Assembly (NCBI GenBank): GCA_043228905.1
Contig: JBHGNT010000016.1
Location: forward strand, 992,001-1,056,000
Source: Azolla caroliniana
Taxonomy: Eukaryota > Plantae > Polypodiophyta
Direction: 5' to 3'
Length of the DNA: 64,000 nt
Made by a program: the position numbers and the translations under genes. Positions 13,701-23,116 of the stretch are shown piece by piece (positions within the stretch are counted from its first letter, which is position 1; each line of letters opens with the position of its first letter). The notes beneath the pieces are model-generated. The model did no database searches, had not been told where the DNA came from, and saw only the letters and a list, made by a program, of their open reading frames with translations.

Positions 13701-14252
13701 AACATGGAGTGTGTTAGAAATGGTGCCACAAACAAACCCATCCTGGACGGATGATGGGGTAGTCAATTCGGAGTCGACCGTCTCCGAAGGATAGGAAACT
13801 GAATTTACCTTCATACTTTTGCACGAGCATCTTGGCTTGCTAAATGTGATCGAGCGGTTGCACCAATCCACTATTGGATTGTGCGCCTCCAACCACGTTA
13901 GTCCTAAGACGATCGGATGTCGAGGAGATGCGATGAGGTAAAAAGTGAGCTCCTCTTGGTGTGAGCCCACCCGAAGCCCTAATGGGATTGTAGCTTGAGT
14001 AATTGCACCTGACGAGAGGACGCACCCGTCGATGGCTTCAACTGGAATGGGTTTTGAGAGGCCAACGACAGGTACGCCATGTGCTTGGGCAAACGCGACG
14101 TCGATGAAGCAAGAAGATGCCCCAGAATCAAGTAAAGCAACAGACTGAATGGAACTAGAGTTAAACGAAAGCCATACCTCCAATGTGAAATTGCCTGATG
14201 GTCCGGCAATGGAACCAAGAGAATGTGGGCGACGGGAGATGTCCAGTTGCAT
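10701..14252 (-). CDS. pol: Pol: aspartic protease, RT, RNase H, integrase and chromodomain (probably made as a Gag-Pol frameshift fusion)
   Basis: LLDSGA; MPFGL, YLDD; TDASD, DKEL, TDH, ADALSR; HHCC plus D,D,E and GPF; EYEVDQILDSR..YLVLWRGY..TWEP chromodomain. Confidence 0.97.
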   Translation of the reverse strand: MQLDISRRPHSLGSIAGPSGNFTLEVWLSFNSSSIQSVALLDSGASSCFIDVAFAQAHGVPVVGLSKPIPVEAIDGCVLSSGAITQATIPLGLRVGSHQEELTFYLIASPRHPIVLGLTWLEAHNPIVDWCNRSITFSKPRCSCKSMKVNSVSYPSETVDSELTTPSSVQDGFVCGTISNTLHVIPEKYQHFSDVFEKCNADRLPEHRLYDCPIDLQEGACPPFGPLYALSAPELKALRVYLDENLEKGFIQPSKSPAGAPILFVKKKDGSLRLCVDYRGLNKLTVRNRYPLPLIPELLDRLRVARVFSKVDLRGAYNLVRIKPGDEWKTAFRTQYGHFEYKVMPFGLTNAPAVFQHMMNDIFREYLDLFVVIYLDDILIFSPNMEEHTRQVRLVLAKLREHGLYAKSEKCEFDRTSIEFLGYIISPTGITMDMKKVSVIQAWATPRRLKDVQSFLGFANFYRRFIKGFSTLAQPLIALTHKGTPFLWTSEAQNAFDSLKHAFITAPVLLHADPTKPFQVETDASDFAIGAILSQADDNNLMHPVAYYSRKFTASEINYPIYDKELAAIIAAFEEWRPYLAGAQHRVQVVTDHKNLVYFSTTRTLNRRQARWSTFLADYNFEIVFRPGGQHGKADALSRRADLALRPRDAAYAQQSRRLLKPDQLHLFATCMLQDDSLLQQITDASKTDAFANEIRDSLQNPSKATKRKDLDTFTIQEGLLFRDHLLYVPEGPCRTRVLQECHDDPLAGHFGVAKTLELISRGYWWPQPWKLVKEYIKSCEVCARSKAIHHRPYGLLQPLPCPRRPWASISMDLITDLPLVNSYDSVLVVVDRFTKMAHFTPCSKTISGEGMVHLLLNNVVRLHGLPDDVISDRGPQFVSHFWQRLLQTLGISVKLSSAYHPQTDGQTERVNQILEQYLRCSVSYQQDDWVNLLSLAEFAYNNSLHASTGVTPFFANYGLHPRFNISLPTTSVNPSAEDRARILEEVHHDLSLELSLANERYKKQADRHRSSTPHFVVGDMVWLLRRHISTTRPCAKLDYKKLGPFRIIECINPVAFRLALPSHFRIHDVFHVSLLEPHYASQLPGRQAPPPPPVQLTTGEEYEVDQILDSRWHRRHLQYLVLWRGYPMSEATWEPSENLQNAPEVVQDFHHRYPHKPAADLGRRRRKRGDNVKIRTLDTTML

Positions 14253-14257
14253 GGCTC

Positions 14258-15274
14258 CTACTGCAACCGAACGATGTCGTTTTCCGGATGTTGGGGTCCG
14301 TTAGCTCTATGGAATTGTGGGCGAGTACTCCTAGGACAATGGCGAACGACATGACCGGAGGCGCCACAATACATGCACAAGCCATTAGCCCGTCGAAATT
14401 GTCGTTCAGCATCAGTCAATGGTCGAAATCGGGCTTGATCAATTTCCATGGGGACAGGAGCATCTGCCGAAGTAGGCGAGTGTGAGGATGCTTGGGTTTG
14501 TATGACCGGGGCGTGGCGTGGAAGTGAATGAGGTGGGAACCAAGTCCGGCGCTCTTCTTGGCGAAATTCGAAAAGACGATTGTCACAATGGACTGCTTGT
14601 GAAATCGCTTGGGATAACGAGGTGGGCTCCGGAAAGTTTAAGAGAAGATTCTTGACATTGCTTCGAAGACCGCGCCGAAAGTGATCAGCTAAAGCTTGAT
14701 CATCCCAATTGACGTCGCATGCTAGTTGTCGAAATTCGGAAGCATAGACCGAAGCTGCACGTGAACCTTGTTCGAGTGCATAAATCTTGTTAAGAGCTGT
14801 ACGTCGTCGGTCCGTCTCTCCAAATGTGGCCTCTAACTCGGCGAGGAAGGCGGGAAAGTCCTCCAATAAAGGTGATGAGGTTTCTACCAATGGTGCAAAC
14901 CAAGCTTGGGCCGGACCGGAGAGAAGGGTGCCCACAAGGCCGACTTGTCGAAGACCATCTCCATAACGTTGAGGTTGTAGCCGAATGATAAGTCGAACTT
15001 GGTTGATGAACCCTCGGAAACGCGACCTCGTTCCATCAAATTTTTCTGGGAGGCTAACCTTAGGCTCAAGAAACTGTGACGAAGCTAGGCTAGATGTTGG
15101 TAGAAGATCGGGCTCTAGGCTAGGTTGTTGTGGGAGACTAGGGTTCGGGGGTTGTGAGGATAGGGAGGTACCGACTTGAAGTTCTTGTAAAGAATTTCGA
15201 AGAGCTTCATTTTCAAGCTGTAGTTGTCGTAAGGCTACCATTATTTGGCCTAACTCACTAGTTGAGTCGGACAT
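14258..15274 (-). CDS. gag: Gag (coiled coil, Ty3/PEG10-like capsid, CCHC zinc knuckle), 338 aa
   Basis: EPKVSLPEKFDG capsid start, QGSRAASVYASEF major homology region, PVPMEID, CMYCGASGHVVRHC. Confidence 0.95.
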   Translation of the reverse strand: MSDSTSELGQIMVALRQLQLENEALRNSLQELQVGTSLSSQPPNPSLPQQPSLEPDLLPTSSLASSQFLEPKVSLPEKFDGTRSRFRGFINQVRLIIRLQPQRYGDGLRQVGLVGTLLSGPAQAWFAPLVETSSPLLEDFPAFLAELEATFGETDRRRTALNKIYALEQGSRAASVYASEFRQLACDVNWDDQALADHFRRGLRSNVKNLLLNFPEPTSLSQAISQAVHCDNRLFEFRQEERRTWFPPHSLPRHAPVIQTQASSHSPTSADAPVPMEIDQARFRPLTDAERQFRRANGLCMYCGASGHVVRHCPRSTRPQFHRANGPQHPENDIVRLQ

Positions 15275-15324
15275 AGCTATGGCTTATGAGAGGGAGAGCT
15301 ATGAGGATGGGAAGGTGAACAAAC

Positions 15325-15677
15325 TGTCACGGATCATAAACTCAAGAGACAACGAAGAAGATAACCAAATGGACAAGAAAGAAGATAGTACTAAAGGAAA
15401 GACTCCATAACTGGTGTTGTTCACCTTGAATTCCTTCAAGGTGAACTCCTCTATTTATACTACATGGCATGCATACTTGTTGCACGCATGTGAATCTACA
15501 ATAGAGCATGTAGGTATGCATGCATGTGCCAAGTGTAAATACTACAAGGGAGCAACTATGCACATGATGCTAGCAAAATAATAAGGAACAATTACATACA
15601 TAACTAGTACTAGATATCTTGGTTAACTCATAATAGTAGATTATAACATGGTCGTGTCAAGAGTTCGAATCTTGACA
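15325..15677 (-). repeat. 5' LTR of the chromovirus (TATAAATA box at 15452-15459)
   Basis: No differences found against 10385-10737 by eye. Confidence 0.97.
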
Positions 15678-18600
15678 CCGGCCCTGATGGTCTCTCACGA
15701 GATTTTTTCGAGATCCATTGGGACAATGTTATCTCGTCATTGGAAGACGGGGTTCAGGAGATCTGGTCCTCGGGAACAATGCCGACCGGGCTGGCTGAGG
15801 GGATGATCTATCTCATTCCCAAACCGGTAGAGCGGAGCCTGGAGTTGTGAAAGTGGCGTCCAATAACACGATCCTTAACACGATTTACAAGATACTCGCA
15901 AAAGTCCTCGCTCGGCGGTTAGCAAGCTTCTTACCAGACATTATACATGAGAATCAAACATGGATTATCAGGAGCAGGTGTATCTTTGATAATGTGTTGC
16001 TTCTTTGAGAAGCAATGGCATTGGTTGATCACTCCGTCTTGAGCTCGGCTATTCTGATGCTTGACTTCAAGAAGGCTTACGACATGGTACTATGGCCCTT
16101 CTTGGAAAACGTGATGAGAGCTACGGGCCTACCCCAAAAATGGAGGAAATGCACTTCTGCACTCTATCGGACTGCTATTAGTAGTGTGCTGATAGCGGGT
16201 GCTAGGGGCCCCTCCTTCCAACTACAACGCTCAGTGAGGCAAGGCTGCCCCCTAGCCCCATATCTTTATCTATTCGTAACCGAGGCTTTCTCTACCTACT
16301 TACAAGTACCAAGCAACGGATTGAGGGGATTGCCCATCCCTATTGCGAGTGAAGATCTTCTTTTATCTGAATATGCTGATGATATGGTCCTCTTCTTGTA
16401 GGGTGATGAGGAGAATTTGTAGCAGGCTGAACATCTAGTCGAGGACTTTTGTCAGGCTGCTGGTGCCAAGGTCAATTGGGATAAAACCCAAGGCCTCTAG
16501 TTCAGTGAACATGAGAAACCAAGGTGGCATCCCCATGCCGATTTTACATGGGTCCCTGACGGGACGACGTTCAAGTACCTAGGATTTACGATGGGGAGGA
16601 CAATTCCCAAGGGAGCACAATTGTCCCATGTGCAAGCCAAAATAAGCAAGAAGCTGAACCAATGGAGTAGATCTAAATTATCCTTCGTTGGTAGGGTCCT
16701 TATTGCGAACCAAGTGATGCTCGCCACAATGTGGCACTCGGTCTCATGTTGGATTATGGACCTGGCAGGTTTGCATGCGATTAAGGCTACCATCAGGGGG
16801 TTTATATGGTTCGGTAAGGACAACCCAATGTTTGCTGCCAGAGTGTCATGGCGTTGTTTAACGCAACCGCGAGCCAAAGGGGGGCTTGGCCTCATAGACC
16901 CCTTAGCGCAGAGCCGTGCATTGCTGGCCAAATTGGTGGTTCGTTGCCTTCTACCAGGTAAGGGGTGTTGGAAGATACTACTTCGCAACAGGTTGCAAGC
17001 AAGGACTCCCAAGTATGGTAGGCCTTGGCCTAACTCCTTGAACTGGTGTTGCACGAGCGGAGTCCCACCCAAGATGGCTTGTCAACCGGAGGACAGGGTA
17101 ACAAACTCCATCTTGCGGGCATGGTGTCATGTGCAACAACATTTGGTCAAGCACACCCCAGAGACACTCATTGAGTGGACTAGAGAACCTTTATTTTGGA
17201 ATCCTCAGGTGTGAACAAGTGATGACATGATGTTAGGGGAGCTTAAGGGCCTAGCATGGGGAAAGTTGGCGCAGACAGGGCTTCACTCTATTGACGATTG
17301 GAAACACATGGTTTCTCCAAGGGGAGCCCAGGAGGACCCATTCCCTCCCTTCAAGGGAGTTATGAAAATGCGGAGATTGATAGATGAGGCAGTTGATAGG
17401 GTTCTGATGGAGGATGTGTGAGAAGATGCATGGTTCGGTCTCTTTGATGAGGCTGGAATGGTTAAGTTGAAGGGTGTGAGTGGATCCGGAAGAGATACAT
17501 TTTTTGGGGAGAGGCAGAGTAGGGGCACTTGGCACCTAGTTCGAGTGGTGGTGGAGGTTGATAACATCTGGAAGACAGACCCGGGTGTTACTAAGGTGGA
17601 ACCCCATTGGAAGTTATGGGTATATGGTTCTCGTCCCCTCGTTGAACTAGAATGGGACCCAGGGGATTTCAGGTGGAAACATATTGGCAAACTCTGCCAC
17701 TTCTTCGAATATAGCACTAAAGCGGACTTTACAACTGCAGCTCGATGGTCCCCTTTGTAATGGCTGGCGAACATTGGGCATCCATGATGAGGTGCTCATT
17801 ACTTTTTGGAAGGGTCTCTAGTGTCTCCACATGCCTAAAAAAATCAAGCTCTTTTGGTGGCATATCGGTCATAATGTGGTTCCCGTTGGCGAATGGCTAG
17901 GTAAAAGTATCCGCTCGATAGGTTGCCCACTTTGCTCTTCATCTATTGAGTCTCTGAGACACTGTCTTTGGGATTGCCCTCAAGCTCAAAAGGTATGGGA
18001 CAGAGTCATTGGCCTCCTTACGGCATGTGAAGTGGAAGGAACAACATTGTGGAGTGTTGTGGCATGGATTGACCACTCGGCCGATAGGTGGACGGACGCC
18101 TTCAATGCGGATAGTTGGTGCTATGTATGCACGAGAGGCAAAATCGTCAAGATCCTCTTTAAGAGAGACTTGTTGTCCGCATCCCCTAGGTTCCTGGAAG
18201 TTTGGAGGTTGATCGCAAGCTTCGCCTTGTGGTATGTCTGGAAAGCATGATGCCTAAAGGTTTTCCAAGATCTGGTATAGCCCCCAGAGGAAGTGATCAT
18301 GCATATATGGGTCGCGCTTATCAGCTGCCTACGAGGGAAATTGGATGAGGTTTGCAACCACTCCAATGATGTGGCCATTGCCCGTTTGCGCTTTTGGCAG
18401 AAATGGCAGAACACGCCTATGGTGACGCTAGGAGAAAGTGGCCCGAGGTGGAACTACCAGCCCCCACGCTAGTTGTTTCCTTCTCACATGCCACCCTCCC
18501 TTCGTTGTAGGCCCCAGGAGTTGGCTCATACTGATCGACACTAAAGGCCACTGCTTTTAGTTATAGGTATCTACTTACTTTAGGTAGTCGGTTTGAAAGA

Positions 18601-19827
18601 CTATGTAAGTAGTCTCATTTTCTTGATCTTGATCGGAGGCAGATTCCTCGTTTTGTGTATAAGCTTCCTTGTGTAGTCTCCTTGTAATCATCCTTCCTAA
18701 CTAATGGGAAAGTAGCTTCATTTTGGAAAAAAGAAGAAGAAGAGAGAGGTAAGCCTTGTTAACTTTAGTACATGCCCACAATATTGCGATTGAAAATATA
18801 TGGATATGTATGTCTCTATGTATTTATCCTTTATCCCACTCTATGGACTTTTTATAATGACCAAAATTTGGAGCAACAAGCTTGTAGTATGTATCATGAA
18901 TTTCAGTTTTCCCTTCTACGAGACTATTATGTTGTTGTATGTTTGATGACATTGGTAGGCATTATTATGCACTATGCTTTCAATATTTTTATAATTCACT
19001 AATGTTTTAAATATTCCATTGCAGGTTTTCACCTCACTCAAATATTCTGCACTAATAATATAACGCAATGCTAAAAGAAGAAAGTGCATACCTGCATATG
19101 TGAAGGGTGTGTTTGTGTTTGTGTATGTGTTGGTGGGGGGGTGGATATGTTAGATAAAGTATATTAATAGGAGGTGGCTATATGTGGTCTAGATGTGGAC
19201 CCTAGTTTAAACTTGGTTTAGGCAACACAAGCAAACCTTAGGGAAGGTTGTGACAAAATGGAAACAAAAGGCAATAGAAGTGGAGGGTGGGGGTTGGGGA
19301 AAGGGTGGATGTGAGAGGCATTTGTTTGATAAAAATGTGGAAAAGAAAAAGGCTACTAAATATAACGTCTTTGACGATGAGAAGAAGAAGAATCGGAAGC
19401 CATACCCATGTGAGGGGGGTGGGGTGTCCACTAGAGGAGTGTACAATGTGTAGTGACTCGTAAGCTAATGTGCAAAATGGGGTACATGTGTTGGTCTAGT
19501 AGAGAAAGAAATATAAAACATATATATACAGTAGTGGGGTATTGCATTAATAATAATGAGCGGTTACTTTTTTGAGCAAGTGTTCCCTCTAAAAATAGGC
19601 CACCTTTTTTTTGAAGATTGCCTTCCCACACTTGTGTGTAACTTTATAAAATGCTCTTCTTCGGCTCATTGGCCCCTCATTCAATCCATCACATCCACAT
19701 ATGTATGTATTATGTGTGTGTATGTTAAGCACTTACTAGCTGTTGGGGCCATTTTCAATCTCTTGTTTGTTTTATCTCTCTCAATTCAATCTTCTTCTTC
19801 TTCTAGTGATTCTTCTTTGAGATCACC

Positions 19828-20778
19828 ATGGGGAGGTTCTCGATCAAACCCACTGGTATATCTATACCTAGGATTAATTCCACGAAGAAGGGTTGGAGCT
19901 TTGTTGATCCGGCTCAATTTGATTGCCAATATGCCCCTCGAGTAGGTTGTGTGTATGATGACTTCCATGGACTAGCATATGGAGAATATGGTCATCATTT
20001 ACCTACAATTAGTGCCAAACTTAGTCAACTAGAGGTTGGGTTAAGCCGTGATTATATAAATGATTACAAATTTTATAATGAAAACATTATTTGCAAGGCC
20101 AATCTAAATAGACAATTAGATGGTCCAATGAAAAACCACAATATGAGGAGTAACAAATATGTTAGGAGGTATAAGAATTATTATAGAAGGTACAACAACT
20201 ACTGTAGGAGTTGTAGCACACATTGTGGTAGTGGTGATTACAATGATGGATACTATAGGAGCAGAAGGTACATGCAATATTGCGGATTCGTGGTCAGAGA
20301 TTGTAAGAGATTCAGCCCAATATGTCATTGTGATAGAAATGCCATCCTCTTTGGTAATGCTGGAGTGAATGTGCCCATCATCTTTGAAAATGGACATGGT
20401 AAGCATAAGTATGGTGCATGTAGCTTTGATGACAATAGTGACGAAGAATACAAAAATGACTATAGTAAATTTGATGATGATGAGGAGGAGGATATGGACA
20501 TGAGGATGGTGCGACATGGTGAAGGTGTGCGTCCGTGTAGCCTAGAGGCATATCGACAACGACAAATGTTTTTGCATAGCTATAAGTTCACTCGACGTAA
20601 AAGCCCTAGCGAACGTGTGCACATGCATGTGCGGAAGGTTCGTCTAGCTTGGGCGACATGTCGCCTTTTCTACCGAAAACTTCAAGCTAAGCTCAAATCC
20701 CTTTCTGACTACATAAACTTTCATCGTAGCTCCTTCTTCATTGTGTCCAAGCAAATGCGACCATCGTTGATTCTATAA
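19828..20778 (+). CDS. Intronless uncharacterised protein (316 aa) with a C-terminal RQxFLxSYxFxR motif
   Basis: Long ORF in AT-rich DNA with ACCATGG start context, TATAAAA near 19645 and a CT-rich leader; YRQRQMFLHSYKFTRRKS resembles a motif I recall from small unannotated land-plant proteins (unverified). Confidence 0.75.
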   Translation: MGRFSIKPTGISIPRINSTKKGWSFVDPAQFDCQYAPRVGCVYDDFHGLAYGEYGHHLPTISAKLSQLEVGLSRDYINDYKFYNENIICKANLNRQLDGPMKNHNMRSNKYVRRYKNYYRRYNNYCRSCSTHCGSGDYNDGYYRSRRYMQYCGFVVRDCKRFSPICHCDRNAILFGNAGVNVPIIFENGHGKHKYGACSFDDNSDEEYKNDYSKFDDDEEEDMDMRMVRHGEGVRPCSLEAYRQRQMFLHSYKFTRRKSPSERVHMHVRKVRLAWATCRLFYRKLQAKLKSLSDYINFHRSSFFIVSKQMRPSLIL

Positions 20779-23116
20779 TAAGGTGTCTCTGGCCTGAAGC
20801 TGCATGATCCACCAATATGTAACTCGCATCGGCAACCATATATACTGATCTAGATATAAGCATTATATCCAAACCAATTGTAAATATCCTCTCTTGGAAG
20901 CCCTCCATTTACCTAAAAAATGAAGGTAAGATTGCCCTAATAAAATCGTGGTCACTTGGTCACGTGTATTTCCAAATCATGCAATGTTCTCACCATCCTC
21001 AGCAATGCAAACTAATTACTCTTTAATAGAATTCAATCAATACAAGTTTTTCTTTATTCACATTACAAATAAGGATTGCCGCCATTTCATTGTGTTGTTT
21101 CTGTGCATTACACACTACATTGTATGAGTTCCAAGTGTTATTGGAGAGTACCCTGTGGTAATGGATTTATATGGATGGTTTATTTTTGGGTTTTGCCTTA
21201 TCTATAAGGCTTCAAGAGTTATTGGAGAGTATAAAGTGGAATGTACTATTTTGACAGCTTATTGATGGGTCTTGGATTATCTATCAAGAATTGAGTGATG
21301 GATTGTCATGGAATCATTATTGTTCAACTTGGATTTGTGTTTATCTTTATGCTTTTATTGTCGGAATCCATGGTTTCAAGTGATGGGGCCCTTGGCATGG
21401 ATAGACCGTTCTTATTTATTTATTTATGGTTTGTAAGAATCTGCAATCAACTATAATATAAATTAACTATCAAGGAAGATTCATCAACCATTAGTTATTC
21501 TTATTTATGCTTTCTGTATGTAAGATTCATCACAATAGATTTTTACCTATGATAGGACGGGCCCAATAAGTTGGGCATGTTTCAACATCCGGTATACTAT
21601 TGTTTTCTCTATCATGTGGAGAATTATCCACGCTAAACGTCTCTCCAAACCTCTCCAATTATATGCCCTATGAAGGCATGGCCCCAAATTTCCACTCGCC
21701 ATAGAAAAATTTGTATTACAAGTGGGTTACAATTTTCTTGGCAGCTGTCCATATTACATCTTTATGCATTGTCTCTAAAGGACACCAATGGTTGCAAAAT
21801 AGGATACAACCTCTAATGGCCTAAAATGAAAGCCTACACGTTTATGAACAAGGATCTTAAGCACATTGATTAGGGATTCTCTTTTGTACACTTTCATATC
21901 GTGTGAAGAAACTAGTCAAAAAGCACAAATGAATTTCAGTTATGAATCCGCGTTCCTCTAACATTAGAACCATGTGATTTGCCACAAGTTCAATTTATGT
22001 GTTTCCAACCCATTGCTACAAATGTTCTTTAAGAATGTTTGTTAGGGATGTTTAATTAACCAACTTTATCAAATTATTGAATAAATCCCCTGATTTGAGA
22101 TCCATAGCTTAGGATAGATACCTTGAAGCCATACCTTGCATTAGAGGTGTGCAGTAATAGCTCAATCCTAACCTCCCTCTACAAGAAGACAATATAAAAG
22201 TGTGCAATGTACAAGAGGGTAGCTAGTCCTTATACACATAACTTTAGGTATAGCATCCAAACCATATTCTTGTCTAGCCTTAAAATGAACTCCTATGATA
22301 GGTTATGAGCATGCACATAACATCTAGGATACTTGGAAATGCATAGAGACAATTAACACGTTAACTGTATTGTTACAAATGTCGCTCAATACCAGCTGAT
22401 ACACAATGAACATTTGAGACTACAGCTTAATATTACATGTCTGAAATCTCATCATTGTACTTCTCTAACCTTGCAGAATTCCAAAAGAAGAAACTTGGCC
22501 ACCAATTTAGACCAGTAATAAACTATACGAACCAGGATCTCAATCTGGCTGTGTCCTCATAAAAGTGAAAAACATGGTTAATAAATGGCCATTTTAAGAT
22601 ACCTACCTAATTGTGCTGCAATGGACATTTTTTTACTAATACTAAAATAAAATCGCATGCATGATTCTCATTTAATTAACTCTTTTATTAATCCAACATG
22701 ACCAGATTTTGTAACAGTTAATAAGAGAACCTAACAAAAATATCTATAGTTGCTCCAAATACTAGGTAATCTCTACAGATTTAACCCACCTTCCATGCCC
22801 ACCAGCAGACATGAAGAGCCTCTGAAAAAACGATATTCATGTTAAAACCATGATTTGCACCACCCTTTGTACAGCCTAACAGACGAAGTACCATACTTTG
22901 ATGGTTAGTTATGAGGCACAACTTTAATGACTTCCAAGACCATGTGCAACAAACAAATATGCCATCCAAAGCAAAAACCTTAAGCTAAAACTGTGTCTCT
23001 TTCAATGAATTGCAAAATTAAGTCCCACTAAAGGATCATCATTCCAAAGTTCAATAAAACTGCAGGACAAGATGTTACATAAATTCAGTAATGTGCCTTA
23101 GAAGTGAGCCATTTTG

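Larger units (their letters stand above)
10385..15677 (-). mobile_element. Intact Ty3/gypsy chromovirus (Tcn1/Tf1-like), 5293 bp
   Basis: Identical 353-bp TG..CA LTRs; 5-bp TSD CCGGC (10380-10384, 15678-15682); PPT AAGAGGGGGGATAA next to the 3' LTR; uninterrupted gag and pol. Confidence 0.98.
8953..18545 (+). pseudogene. LINE ORF2 (endonuclease - reverse transcriptase - zinc knuckle), fragmented; end approximate
   Basis: ORF pieces 9196-9903, 9941-10366, 16015-16401, 16591-17214 and 17831-18250 are colinear; GACPG|PDG reads through once the gypsy and one TSD are removed. Confidence 0.9.
8235..18739 (+). mobile_element. Decayed, 5'-truncated L1-type LINE interrupted by a Ty3/gypsy insertion
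   Basis: 15-bp TSD AAGAGAGAGGTAAGC at 8220-8234 and 18740-18754; A/GAA-rich tail; APE endonuclease (MRILMWNVQGLG, GDFN, SDH), RT (LDFKKAYD, QGCPLAP, YADD) and C-terminal zf-RVT (CPLC..H..WDC); many stops and frameshifts. Confidence 0.95.

Noticed and set aside
10844-15179. Antisense and alternative-frame ORFs within the gypsy element
   Set aside because: Expected shadow ORFs of a long GC-richer coding region; no motifs
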